Under the pieces are notes generated by a model. That model was not told where the DNA came from. It did no database searches and saw only the letters and a program-made list of their open reading frames with translations. From contig BGOS01000004.1 in the NCBI GenBank assembly GCA_003569365.1, positions 33,029 to 97,028 of the forward strand: 64,000 nt of DNA. Reading direction: 5' to 3'. The DNA comes from Anaerolineaceae bacterium (GTDB taxonomy: Bacteria > Chloroflexota > Anaerolineae > Anaerolineales > UBA11657). Both the position numbers and the translations under genes were made by a program. This document shows, piece by piece, positions 10,309 to 20,295 of this stretch. Positions within the stretch are counted from its first letter, which is position 1. Each line of letters opens with the position of its first letter.

Positions 10309-11331
10309 TTATGCGGCGGGCTGGCTGATTGGTGTGCCGGCTGCCGCAATGCGCTCCTGCAGTTTCTCAATCATGTTGTTCTGCGCAGCGGCGGCGGCAG
10401 CCACTAGCGCACTTCGTATGGCGCGGGCATTTGAGCGGCCGTGGGCCTTGATTGCAATGCCGTTTAGTCCAAGCAATGGCACTCCGCCCACCTCATTCGG
10501 GTCAAGATCGCGGCGCGCATGTTGAATTGCAGATCTCGCGAGCAACCCGCCCATCTTCGCCAGCGGGCTGCTCATGAAAGCATCCTTGATCATGCTGCCA
10601 ACCAATACGGCGACCGCCTCTGTAACTTTGAGCGCTACATTTCCAGTGAAGCCATCAGTGACCACCACGTCGGCCCCGCCGCCAAATATTTCTTTGGGTT
10701 CTATGTTGCCGATGAAGTTTAGTTTCGCCGTCGCCAGTAAGCGGTGGGCTGCCCGGGTTAGCTCGTTGCCCTTGCCGGCTTCCTCTCCATTGGAGAGCAG
10801 GCCGACGCGTGGATTTGTTATGCCGAGGACAGTTTCGGCATACACAGCTCCCATGATTCCAAATTGGAATAGGTACTCTGGTTTGCACTCTGCGTTTGCG
10901 CCAATATCGAGCATGATGCAGCGCCCATTCTTCACCGGAAGCGTGACCGTTAGGGCTGGCCGCCGTATTCCGGCAATGCGCTTCAAAACCAGAAGCCCAT
11001 TGGTGAGTGCGGCACCTGTGTTGCCAGCGGTGACAAATGCGTCGGCGGCCCCGGATTTCACGAGGTCAAAGCCGCGGGCAATTGAGTTTTGCGGTTTTTG
11101 GCGGGATGCGAAAGCGGGTTGTTCTCCGCTCGTGACGCGTTCGGGCGCGTGTTCAACGGTAATGTTCTCGGGTAGACGCGGGCCGGCAGCGCGGTTGAGG
11201 GCGTTGTGTAGTTGTGTTTCGTTACCCGTGAGGATTATTTGCCAGCCGAATTCGCGCACGGCCTGGATAGCCCCTAAAACTTCCGGTTCGGGGAAGGCAT
11301 CGCTGCCCATCCCGTCGAGCGCAATTCGCAT
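10309..11331 (-). CDS. plsX: phosphate acyltransferase PlsX
   Basis: MRIALDGMGSDAFPEPEV... with full-length PlsX resemblance (340 aa). Confidence 0.93.
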   Translation of the reverse strand: MRIALDGMGSDAFPEPEVLGAIQAVREFGWQIILTGNETQLHNALNRAAGPRLPENITVEHAPERVTSGEQPAFASRQKPQNSIARGFDLVKSGAADAFVTAGNTGAALTNGLLVLKRIAGIRRPALTVTLPVKNGRCIMLDIGANAECKPEYLFQFGIMGAVYAETVLGITNPRVGLLSNGEEAGKGNELTRAAHRLLATAKLNFIGNIEPKEIFGGGADVVVTDGFTGNVALKVTEAVAVLVGSMIKDAFMSSPLAKMGGLLARSAIQHARRDLDPNEVGGVPLLGLNGIAIKAHGRSNARAIRSALVAAAAAAQNNMIEKLQERIAAAGTPISQPAA

Positions 11332-11366
11332 TTGGTTATTTGGTTTGGTGGGTGCGGGGAGAATGG

Positions 11367-12026
11367 TTAATTGGCCGAGAATGCGTACTCGGGCGCACCA
11401 GCTTGATAAGTGGGCTGCCGCAAACTGTGGAAGAGCGCTAGTTCCCGCCTATACGTTGACAATAGCCTGGTTGCGAGGCTGGATGCGTCGCGTGTTTCCA
11501 AAAGTTGCTGTTTTTCAATCATTGGAATTTGTACAATGTAGGCAGCTAAGTATGCCATTTCGCTTGTGTTGGCGGGAATGTCGGCGGGGGAAATCCGGAC
11601 TTCCATTACCTGTGCCAGAAGCTTGCTGTAACGCACAATGATTGAGCGTAGCTTACTGTCAAGGCCTGACAGGTTGTCGCCGATGTTTTCGTGAAGCGGA
11701 AGTTCGCGAGCGGTAGCGGTCATGTACGGTTTATCAAAGTGCAGCTGCAACAGTTCAACGCGTGTACCGCCGAGGACCGTGATATTGGTGCGGCCGTCTG
11801 CCAGCGGTTCCATTTGGGTTATTGCTGCGGTGCAAGCGATGCGGTTTGGTTCCGCTAGCTGTGCGCTTGCAGCATCGCCGTTTCGAATAAGAGAAACAAT
11901 GAAGGGTCGCGTGTCGGCCAGGCAGTCACGTACCATTGCGCGGTAACGCTCTTCGAAAATATGCAGGGCCAGTGGTGTGCCCGGAAAAATAACTGTGTTC
12001 AGCGGGAAGACGGGTAGTATGTCCAT
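11367..12026 (-). CDS. LON N-terminal substrate-binding domain protein
   Basis: MDILPVFPLNTVIFPGTPLALHIFEERYRAM is typical of stand-alone LON-domain proteins of about 210 aa. Confidence 0.8.
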   Translation of the reverse strand: MDILPVFPLNTVIFPGTPLALHIFEERYRAMVRDCLADTRPFIVSLIRNGDAASAQLAEPNRIACTAAITQMEPLADGRTNITVLGGTRVELLQLHFDKPYMTATARELPLHENIGDNLSGLDSKLRSIIVRYSKLLAQVMEVRISPADIPANTSEMAYLAAYIVQIPMIEKQQLLETRDASSLATRLLSTYRRELALFHSLRQPTYQAGAPEYAFSAN

Positions 12027-12133
12027 ATTGTGCTAGCAGGCAGACCTTAGGTATCTTTTGTTCTGAAGGGTGATTAGGCGCTGTGTTTTCTTCGCGGGTT
12101 GGCCGATGTCTCTGCGTTATAATAACTTTGTTA

Positions 12134-12217
<84 letters not shown>

Positions 12218-12259
12218 CAATATTTCCACCTCACTAGTTCGATTGTATCATTTTTAGCT

Positions 12260-12796
12260 ATGGCAGTTATTCGTCCGAGCACAAAAATTGATGGTGTTGC
12301 CGTGGCTGAGCTGGTGTCTTTCACGGATGAGCGCGGTGGATTTCGCGAAACATTCCGAGCCGAGTGGTTTCCGCAGGTGACTTGGGGTCAGCTTCAAGCA
12401 AATCGCAGCGATTCTCAGGCGCATGTGATCCGGGGCCTCCACTTTCACCGGCAGCAGGCAGATTACTGGCTCGTTACCGCGGGAAGAATCAAGGTTGGTC
12501 TGTGTGATTTGCGCCGCAAGTCGGCTTCGTTCCGCGCGGTTGAGGTACTGGAACTGTCTGCGGAAGTTGAGCGGGGCCTGTTTATCCCAGTCGGTGTTGC
12601 GCATGGATTTTATACACTGACTGATGTGACCGTTACTTACCTGGTCAATAATTACTACGACGCTTCCGATGAGTATGGCGTGGCGTGGGACGATCCCGAG
12701 CTGGCTGTACCGTGGGAGGTTCAGGCGCCGATTGTGTCGAGGCGTGATGTTGATAATCCATTGTTTAGAGATTTGCCAGCTGCCGTTTGTCCGTAA
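12260..12796 (+). CDS. rfbC: dTDP-4-dehydrorhamnose 3,5-epimerase
   Basis: DGVAVAELVSFTDERGGFRETF and IRGLHFHRQQADYWLV are typical RmlC cupin motifs. 178 aa. Confidence 0.88.
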   Translation: MAVIRPSTKIDGVAVAELVSFTDERGGFRETFRAEWFPQVTWGQLQANRSDSQAHVIRGLHFHRQQADYWLVTAGRIKVGLCDLRRKSASFRAVEVLELSAEVERGLFIPVGVAHGFYTLTDVTVTYLVNNYYDASDEYGVAWDDPELAVPWEVQAPIVSRRDVDNPLFRDLPAAVCP

Positions 12797-12891
12797 GCTA
12801 CATTTAGGGGATCTTCGGCATTGGTCAACAGGTGGACGCTCGCAATTGGGTTGTAAGGCGCGGCTCTATTGTTCGTTCGCGGGGTTTGACC

Positions 12892-14412
12892 TCAGGGGTT
12901 TTGTAGCAACGGGTTAAAGTGGTAGTAGACGGCGCGGCTGATGTCCGCCATCCGGCGGGAATTTTCGTCCCAGTAAGTATTGCCTGGAACCCAAAGGTAG
13001 TACACAAGTACATAGTTTCCGCCGGGAGTAAAGACGATTGCTGCGTCACCGATTGGTTCTCCGTCTGCCCAGGCATGTTTGTGCGCAACGCGCACCCCTT
13101 CAGGTACGCCGGCTTGTACGAGCACGGCAATTTGGTTCTTTGCCAGCAGGTCAATCATTGTTGTGCACTCAAGCTTTGAGTACTGCGCTGGAAAAGTATC
13201 TGTTAGCAGGTTTGGTTTGTCCTCGCTGCATTGGTAGATTGCTTCGAGCAGGCGCCCCATGTCGGAGGGAGTGGTCTGCATATATGCGTCAGGCGAAGTG
13301 GAAATGTCAGTGCGTTTGTTGGACGGTGTGTAGCGAAATCCCGGAGCGTCTGTTGAGTCGTATGCACCGCCAATAAATGTTCCCTTCATACCTAGTTTTT
13401 CGAGCGACCCGTTGAGAGTGTACAGGCCGTTTGCTGTATTTTGGTCGCCAATCCATGCTATTAGCAGGTTCGTTGTCCAGTTGGAGCTTTGAGTTATTGA
13501 CTTAACGACAAGGTCAAGTTCGTATGGCAGGGCATCGTCATTCGACTGGCGATAGAACTCTGCCATGATTGGAATTTTGAGAATGCTCATTCCAGAGAAG
13601 GCAATGTCAGGGTCGGTTGGCAGTGGACTTCCGTTGAGAGTGTTGAAATGAAGGCGCTGATTATTTTGCAGGTCAATCAGAAAGAAGCTGAGGAGCCCGG
13701 TGTATTGCTGCAACTCCATGTATTTGCGAATTTGCGCTTCTAGGAGCGTTAGGCGGGGGTGTAATGTTGTGCCTGATTGTGACTGGAGCTGAACGGATCT
13801 GTTTGTGCTCGAAAGCAAGGCTGAAGTTATGGAGCGAACCGCCGGCGCTATGTTCAGTGTTCTGCCCGGGGCATTTATTACCGTGACCATGGCGGTTGCA
13901 TCTGCGGCAGCAACTCCGGGTGCGGTGTCGTAGCGGGATGCAACGTTGTTGAGAAATGCGGTGAGCTTTTCGGCGCTTACCGAGGCGATGAGACGCGCGG
14001 TAGTTGGCGGATTGTTTTCCGGGCGACCAAGCAGCGTGTTCCATACGTTCGGAGCTAAGCTGTCCGGTACTTGCCCAATGGTTTCGGCCAAGTCCAGCTT
14101 GAAGTCAACGATTTCGGGGGAGAGGGTGATTTGCTCTTGGCCATAAGTTAAATATAGTGGCGAAAAGAACTGGGCGGTCAAGCGTTCTTGGGCTGCGGAT
14201 ATTGTTAGTCCACCAACTGGTACTCCCGAGATGGTGGTGTTGGGTGGTAGGCGCTTTGGAAATTGCAAGACTGATGCAAGGCTGGTGGCCATAACGAGGA
14301 TGGCACCAAGCGCGCAAATGGCGGCAAGGGCAAAGCTGACGCGGGCGACTGAACTGCGGCCGGGCCTGAATGATTTCCGCGGCTTGAGGCTGTAGATATT
14401 TCCGGTGAGCAT
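12892..14412 (-). CDS. membrane-anchored serine hydrolase (class A beta-lactamase-related)
   Basis: N-terminal TM helix, a YoaR/VanW-like leader segment (ISGVPVGGLTISAAQERL), and an SxxK motif (FSGMSILKIP) in a domain of about 300 aa. Confidence 0.65.
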   Translation of the reverse strand: MLTGNIYSLKPRKSFRPGRSSVARVSFALAAICALGAILVMATSLASVLQFPKRLPPNTTISGVPVGGLTISAAQERLTAQFFSPLYLTYGQEQITLSPEIVDFKLDLAETIGQVPDSLAPNVWNTLLGRPENNPPTTARLIASVSAEKLTAFLNNVASRYDTAPGVAAADATAMVTVINAPGRTLNIAPAVRSITSALLSSTNRSVQLQSQSGTTLHPRLTLLEAQIRKYMELQQYTGLLSFFLIDLQNNQRLHFNTLNGSPLPTDPDIAFSGMSILKIPIMAEFYRQSNDDALPYELDLVVKSITQSSNWTTNLLIAWIGDQNTANGLYTLNGSLEKLGMKGTFIGGAYDSTDAPGFRYTPSNKRTDISTSPDAYMQTTPSDMGRLLEAIYQCSEDKPNLLTDTFPAQYSKLECTTMIDLLAKNQIAVLVQAGVPEGVRVAHKHAWADGEPIGDAAIVFTPGGNYVLVYYLWVPGNTYWDENSRRMADISRAVYYHFNPLLQNP

Positions 14413-14595
14413 TTATGGTGTGGTGATTCGGCGGTTGTTTGTGTTATCACCGAGAGGGTTTTAGTAAGTTCGGTTTTCTTGCTGTCGCATGGTTGATTCG
14501 TAAATAACTGGAGATCAATTCTAGATGTGCGACAGCCGTGCAAGCATAACATTGCAGCTTAGCCGGCTGGTACACTTCGCGCGTTTCTTTTTATT

Positions 14596-17298
14596 ATGGA
14601 TCTAGCGTCGTCAATCCGGTTACTGGGGGATCTTCTGGGCGAGGTGATCGCGGAGCTGGAGACTGAGGCTGGTTTTCAATTGGTGGAGCGTGTCCGTGAT
14701 GTGGCGAAGCGCCAGCGGGCGGGGCAGATTGCGGCCGGTGAACTAGCTAGGTTGATTGGCAGTTTGGATGCGGTAGGCGGGCGGGTTGTCGCACAGGCGT
14801 TTGCTATTTACTTTGATCTGGTAAATCTTGCGGAAGATGCCAATCGGGTACTCGTGCTGCGCGAGCGCGAGCGCAGCGTGGCTCCAGCGCCAATGGAGGG
14901 TTCAATTGCGCATGCGTTGTTTACAGCGCACAATGCCTCTGTTCCCATAGCTGATGTGCAGCGCGTGCTTGCCAATCTTCGCGTTGAAGTGGTTCTGACG
15001 AGTCATCCAACCGAGGTGAAGCGGCGGACTGTTATGTCCAAGTTGAACAGGATAGCCGCGTTCTTGGCACAAGTGTCCGCCAGCGAGCAGCTGCCACGCG
15101 AGTATGCGGAGTGTGTACAGGGTGTGCGCTCCGAAATTGCCGGTTTGTGGTTGACAGATCGCTCGCGCGGGTCTAAACCGGACGTGGGTGATGAGACGCG
15201 CACCGGGCTCTTTCTGGTCGACAATATTTTTTGGGACACGCTGCCGCGCGTCGCCGCGGATCTGCAAGCGGCCGTGAACGAGTTCTACCCGGGTGCTGTG
15301 GTACCGGCGGCTTGGCTTCAGTTGGGTGCGTGGGCTGGCGGAGATCGGGACGGGAATCCGGCGGTGACCACCGATGTCACAGTGGAGGCCCTGCGGATGC
15401 ACCGGGGTCTGGCGGTGGAGCGCCATCGTGCGGGAATACTCGACCTTGGGCGGCGGCTGAGCGCGAGCATCCGATCTGTGTCTATGCCGCCGGAGTTGCT
15501 GGCCTGGTTGGCTGCGCGGCAACCTTTTCCGAAGCATGTGCAGTTCCTGCAGGGGCGCTACGCGGACGAACCGATCCGGTTGATGCTCGCGCTGCTTGCT
15601 GCCGATTTGGGGGAGGCCTCTAGTGAGAATTTCGTTCGTCAGCTCGGGCGGGCGGATGCTACTCCAAGCAAGATATCGGTGAAAGACTATCTTGAGCTGC
15701 TGGATCTTGTGGCAACTGCGTTGCCAGCTTCGGTTAGGGTCGAGTACCTGGCTCTTGTTCGGTCGCAACTTGCAATCTTTGGCTTTCACAGTGCGCGGCT
15801 TGATGTTCGTGAGCATGCATCCGCCTTGATGGTTGCCGTTGCGGAGATTCTTTCGATTGGATTTGACCAAACTGAATTTGCTAATTTAGATGATGATGGT
15901 CAGGTCAATGTACTGATCGAGATTATGGCGTCCCGCCGGAGCATAGCGATGCTTGAAGTTGCGTTTAGCCCCGCTACCGCGGAGATTGCTAAATTGTTTG
16001 CAATGCTGGCGCGGGTGGAGCGTCTGTATGGGGCCGGGATGCTTGGCCCCTTCATTGTGTCCATGACCGGTGGAGCAGCGCACGTGATGGCTGGCTATTT
16101 TCTGGCTTGGTGCGCTGGGTGTGAGAAGTGGCTGGAAGTTGTGCCGTTGTTTGAGACGCTGTCGCATCTGCAGGCCGCACCAAAGATAATGCGGAGGCTG
16201 CTCAGTTCAGCTCCGTACTGTAGAGGTCTCCGGCAGCGAGGCAATTTGCAGACTGTGATGATTGGATATTCGGACAGTGGGAAGGATGTCGGTTATTTCT
16301 CCTCTAACGTTGCATTGCACAATGCGCAACGGGATATTGTTGGTGTGTGCAGTGAGTTTAGTGTAGATGTGATTTTTTTTCATGGCCGGGGTGGAAGTAT
16401 TGCGCGCGGCGGGGGTCCACTTCGACTAGCCATTGCTGGGTTGCCGAATGGAAGCATCAATGGGCGAATAAGGTTTACGGAGCAGGGGGAGGAAATGGCT
16501 GCGCGGTATGGAAATCATGCTTTGGCAAGGCGCCATCTACATCAGGTTGTGAGCGCTGTGATTGCTGCCTCTTTGCGCAAAACTGGAGATGGCTCTGATA
16601 AGCGTTTGGACGAGGCGACGGCATTGATTTCCGATAAGTCTCGGGGCGCGTACCAGGAATTGGTCTATGGCACTGTCGGTTTCGATGAATTCTGGCGATG
16701 CGCTACGCCTTTGGACGAGATCATGCGGCTCCGGATTGGCTCGCGTCCTGCAGTGCGGCCGGGTGGGGCGCTGGGCGTGCGTGAAGTGCGCGCGATTCCG
16801 TGGGTGTTTTCATGGCTACAGAGCCGATTTAATATTCCAGCGTGGTATGGGTTGGGTAGCGGATTGTCGGGTCTGCCTGACATGGGTTTATTGCAGGAGA
16901 TGTACAAGTTGTCGCCGTTCTTTCGGGCTCTTATCCGAAACGCCAGTTTGGCATTACTTCAGGCGGACATGGACATCGCGGCGCTTTACGTGGAGCTTGT
17001 TCCGGATCGGTTGCTCTCGCAGGCGGTATTCAGTTTAGTGCGCGCCGAGTACGTGCGCACCTGCGACCACGTGCTTCGGATCACCCAGTTGACTGAGCTG
17101 CTCGCCGATGAACCTGTGATCCGCCGGTCAATTGAACTGCGCAACCCTTATGTTGATCCACTCAACCACCTGCAGGTTGAGACACTCCGCAAGCTGCGTT
17201 CGGTCGCCGATGGTGAAATATCACGCGCTGCAGAACTTAGAACGGTGATGGTACTAACGATCAACGGGATTGCGGCAGGCCTTCGAAACACCGGGTGA
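14596..17298 (+). CDS. ppc: phosphoenolpyruvate carboxylase
   Basis: VLTSHPTE, GYSDSGKDVG, FHGRGGSIARGGG and C-terminal ...GLRNTG. 900 aa. Confidence 0.95.
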   Translation: MDLASSIRLLGDLLGEVIAELETEAGFQLVERVRDVAKRQRAGQIAAGELARLIGSLDAVGGRVVAQAFAIYFDLVNLAEDANRVLVLRERERSVAPAPMEGSIAHALFTAHNASVPIADVQRVLANLRVEVVLTSHPTEVKRRTVMSKLNRIAAFLAQVSASEQLPREYAECVQGVRSEIAGLWLTDRSRGSKPDVGDETRTGLFLVDNIFWDTLPRVAADLQAAVNEFYPGAVVPAAWLQLGAWAGGDRDGNPAVTTDVTVEALRMHRGLAVERHRAGILDLGRRLSASIRSVSMPPELLAWLAARQPFPKHVQFLQGRYADEPIRLMLALLAADLGEASSENFVRQLGRADATPSKISVKDYLELLDLVATALPASVRVEYLALVRSQLAIFGFHSARLDVREHASALMVAVAEILSIGFDQTEFANLDDDGQVNVLIEIMASRRSIAMLEVAFSPATAEIAKLFAMLARVERLYGAGMLGPFIVSMTGGAAHVMAGYFLAWCAGCEKWLEVVPLFETLSHLQAAPKIMRRLLSSAPYCRGLRQRGNLQTVMIGYSDSGKDVGYFSSNVALHNAQRDIVGVCSEFSVDVIFFHGRGGSIARGGGPLRLAIAGLPNGSINGRIRFTEQGEEMAARYGNHALARRHLHQVVSAVIAASLRKTGDGSDKRLDEATALISDKSRGAYQELVYGTVGFDEFWRCATPLDEIMRLRIGSRPAVRPGGALGVREVRAIPWVFSWLQSRFNIPAWYGLGSGLSGLPDMGLLQEMYKLSPFFRALIRNASLALLQADMDIAALYVELVPDRLLSQAVFSLVRAEYVRTCDHVLRITQLTELLADEPVIRRSIELRNPYVDPLNHLQVETLRKLRSVADGEISRAAELRTVMVLTINGIAAGLRNTG

Positions 17299-17387
17299 CC
17301 AAGTCGCAAAAATATCAGGTTGCGGTGAGACAAAGCAAGAGTGATCGTTGCCACAGTGTATATTTGCGCATAGGCAAACCTATTAAC

Positions 17388-18407
17388 CTACCACAACACA
17401 CCAAACAAACACAAATCAAGAACCGCCACATACACCACGCTCCTCACCACCACGTTAACGCTGACCCACCGCTGCATCACGCCCATCGCTAAGTTCGGCC
17501 GCCGCGCCAGACGGTAGCTCCAATTTGCTTTCAGCAAGAAATGCAAGCCTCCGCTAAGGCCCAGGGCGGTCGAAGCTGCTGCGAGCAGCACTAGGCTCGT
17601 CCACCGCGGATCGCCCCGTAATGCAGCGCCAACTTCCGCACCTGCCAGCCACAAACACCAAACGGCAATGCACTCGCGCATCCAGTAGGTACCGCGATGC
17701 GGTGCAAGGCCGAGCGTGATATGCAGAGTAGGTTCCGCATTTGCGGCAGCTTCGTGCACATAGCCACGCGGCAAGTAAAGCAAATCGCCCGGACGCAGTG
17801 TGAAACGTCCCAGTGGAATCAATTCAGTTGGATCCTGTTTTAGCAGCCGGCCATATCCCCGCGCTTTCTGTTTGGCCCCTGTACCGACTGCGGAGTGCGG
17901 CTTCTGATACACCGTCCAGCTTTTTGTACCCGAGAGGTGCAGCACAAACACATCGTGGCCGTCCGCGTGCGCCGTAAAACCACGGCCGCCGGACGGCGTG
18001 AAGTAAATATTGGTTTGCGCTTGCGACAACCACTCGTTTCCAAGCATGTCGCACAAACGCTGGAGCGGCGGCCAGTGCCGGTGCAGCGACTGCAAAATCA
18101 CCGTCGCGCCGGCGTGATATTCACGCCACACCCGCACCGCTTTGGCTTTTCCTGACAACACATAGCGACCCGCACGCAGCGTATTGGCAATCGTCTCCGT
18201 GCGGAACACTTCGCCGTGCTTCGCCATGCGGATTTCCGGGGGCCTCAAGCGCTCGGCATCAATCAAAGCTGCCAAATCTGCCATGCTGAATAATTCCCCG
18301 AAATATTCAGGCGACTGCCGCAACACCAACAACGGAGCCGTGCCCAAATATTTGTCTGCAAACGCACGCGGCTCAACCGGATGAATAATTCGCTGTAAAT
18401 TGAACAC
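17388..18407 (-). CDS. cupin-4/JmjC-like domain protein with hydrophobic C-terminal extension
   Basis: The N-terminal 230 aa or so resemble the ribosomal-oxygenase-type cupin (FTAHADGHDVFVLHLSGTKSW...YLPRGYVHEA). The last 110 aa or so are hydrophobic. Confidence 0.6.
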   Translation of the reverse strand: MFNLQRIIHPVEPRAFADKYLGTAPLLVLRQSPEYFGELFSMADLAALIDAERLRPPEIRMAKHGEVFRTETIANTLRAGRYVLSGKAKAVRVWREYHAGATVILQSLHRHWPPLQRLCDMLGNEWLSQAQTNIYFTPSGGRGFTAHADGHDVFVLHLSGTKSWTVYQKPHSAVGTGAKQKARGYGRLLKQDPTELIPLGRFTLRPGDLLYLPRGYVHEAAANAEPTLHITLGLAPHRGTYWMRECIAVWCLWLAGAEVGAALRGDPRWTSLVLLAAASTALGLSGGLHFLLKANWSYRLARRPNLAMGVMQRWVSVNVVVRSVVYVAVLDLCLFGVLW

Positions 18408-18495
18408 TTAAGCTTTTTCCCTTTCTACGCCGTCCTACCCTACAACTCAGCGGTGCTTCGGTTACAATCATAGACCCGCAGCGCAGTTTTATCGC

Positions 18496-20295
18496 ATGAC
18501 AATCGACCACATTCGCAATTTCTGCATTATCGCGCACATCGACCACGGCAAATCCACCCTGGCGGACCGCTTGCTGCAGATTACCGGCACAATTTCCGAT
18601 CGCGAGATGCAGGCCCAGTTCCTGGATGGCATGGACCTTGAGCGCGAAAAGGGTGTAACCATCAAGGCTTCGGCCGTGCGCATGGCTTACACCGCAATCG
18701 ACGGAAAAACTTACCAGTTGAACTTAATCGACACGCCAGGCCACGTGGATTTTGGCTACGAAGTGAGCCGCGCTCTACGCGCATGCGAGGGCGCAGTGCT
18801 CGTCGTCGACTCCAGCCAGGGCATCGAGGCGCAAACTCTTGCAAATCTTTATTCTGCACTGGATGCCAACCTTGAGATCATTCCGGTCCTCAATAAAATC
18901 GACTTGCCAGCCAGCCGTGTGCCGGAAATTACAAATCAGGTAGCTGAGCTGCTGGGCGATGATCCAAATGAAGTTATTGCCGTTTCGGCAAAGCACGGCA
19001 GCAATGTGCTCGCAATTCTCGAGGCGGTCGTCCGCCGTGTTCCGCCACCCGCCGGCGTGCTGGATGCTCCCGCAAAAGCGCTTATTTTTGATTCGCACTA
19101 TGACGCCTATAAAGGCGTGGTGCTTTATGTGCGCGTTGTTGACGGGGTTTTTGAACATGGGGACTCGCTGCTGCTGATGGGCAGCGGAGTAAGTTTCATC
19201 CCCGTGGAGCTCGGCAGCTTTGCCCCGGGGCTGGTTGCCGGCTCCCGGCTCAGTGCTGGCGAAGTTGGCTACGTTGCCTCCGGCTTAAAAACGATACAGG
19301 ATTGCCGCGTGGGCGACACGCTTACACCCGTGAAGCGGCCAGCCTCCACAGTTGTACCGGGCTATGCGCCCGCAAAGCCAATGGTCTACGCCGGGGTCTA
19401 CCCCGTCTTGAGTGACGATTATTTATTGCTGAAAGACGCGCTGCAAAAGCTGCAGCTTAACGACGCCGCATTGGTCTATGAGCCAGAGACTTCTCAGGCG
19501 CTGAACTTCGGCTTCCGCTGCGGCTTCCTCGGCTTGTTTCATATGGAGATTGTGCAAGAGCGGCTTGAACGCGAGTACAACCTCGACCTGATTGTGACCG
19601 CACCGTCGGTGGTGTATGAAGTACTCTTGCGTTCCGGTGACACCGTGCGCATCAACTCACCGGCTGAGCTGCCAGACGAAGGCACAATTGACCAAGTGCG
19701 CGAGCCATGGATGCGCATCCAAATTATTGCGCCCGAAAGCTATATCGGGCCGATCATGGAGCTGGTCACCAAGCGTCGCGGTGAATACATCAGCCAGGAA
19801 TATCCGGCGCCGGACAGAATCTCGCTGTCCTACTACATTCCGCTGTCCGAGCTGATTGTGGACTTCTACGACGCTCTAAAATCCAAAACCCGCGGCTATG
19901 CATCACTTGATTACCAGCTGGACTCCTATCGCGCGGGTGATCTGGTGCGCTTGAACATGCTCGTCAACGAGCAGCCTATCGACGCCCTGACGATGATTGT
20001 GCACCGCGACCAGGCATTTCACAAAGGCCAACTGCTCACCACAAAGTTGAAAGCCTTAATTCCGCGCCAGCAGTTTGTGGTGCCCATTCAGGCTGCATCC
20101 GGCGGCCGCATCATCTCGCGCGCCAACGTGAGTGCCATCCGCAAAGATGTGCTTGCCAAATGCTATGGCGGCGACGTATCGCGCAAGAAGAAGCTGCTCG
20201 AGAAGCAAAAGAAGGGCAAGAAGCGCATGAAGATGATCGGCAGTGTGGAGATTCCGCAAGAAGCCTTCATGGCGCTGCTGTCACTAGACGACTAA
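18496..20295 (+). CDS. lepA: translation elongation factor 4 (LepA)
   Basis: NFCIIAHIDHGKST, DTPGHVDF, NKID, and the LepA C-terminal domain. 599 aa. Confidence 0.97.
   Translation: MTIDHIRNFCIIAHIDHGKSTLADRLLQITGTISDREMQAQFLDGMDLEREKGVTIKASAVRMAYTAIDGKTYQLNLIDTPGHVDFGYEVSRALRACEGAVLVVDSSQGIEAQTLANLYSALDANLEIIPVLNKIDLPASRVPEITNQVAELLGDDPNEVIAVSAKHGSNVLAILEAVVRRVPPPAGVLDAPAKALIFDSHYDAYKGVVLYVRVVDGVFEHGDSLLLMGSGVSFIPVELGSFAPGLVAGSRLSAGEVGYVASGLKTIQDCRVGDTLTPVKRPASTVVPGYAPAKPMVYAGVYPVLSDDYLLLKDALQKLQLNDAALVYEPETSQALNFGFRCGFLGLFHMEIVQERLEREYNLDLIVTAPSVVYEVLLRSGDTVRINSPAELPDEGTIDQVREPWMRIQIIAPESYIGPIMELVTKRRGEYISQEYPAPDRISLSYYIPLSELIVDFYDALKSKTRGYASLDYQLDSYRAGDLVRLNMLVNEQPIDALTMIVHRDQAFHKGQLLTTKLKALIPRQQFVVPIQAASGGRIISRANVSAIRKDVLAKCYGGDVSRKKKLLEKQKKGKKRMKMIGSVEIPQEAFMALLSLDD

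Noticed and set aside
10574-11641. 355-aa + strand ORF
   Set aside because: It lies entirely antisense to plsX and the LON-domain gene. The composition (Ser/Arg/Ala/Pro-rich) is typical of shadow ORFs in GC-rich DNA, and no family resemblance was seen.
14902-15870. 322-aa minus-strand ORF inside ppc. Similar antisense ORFs occur at 21914..22786, 32911..33813, 46141..46755, 48087..48884, 59492..60214 and 61561..62295.
   Set aside because: All overlap well-supported genes on the opposite strand and have Arg/His/Gln-rich low-complexity translations.
20160-20294. Upstream extension of the oxidoreductase ORF. Similar extensions occur at 44939-45214 (rsmD), 49655-49786 (tdk), 61411-61491 (fdhF), 917-1147 (GYD) and 7966-8064 (SUI1).
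   Set aside because: The extensions overlap neighbouring well-supported genes, and the conserved N-termini begin at the internal ATGs chosen.
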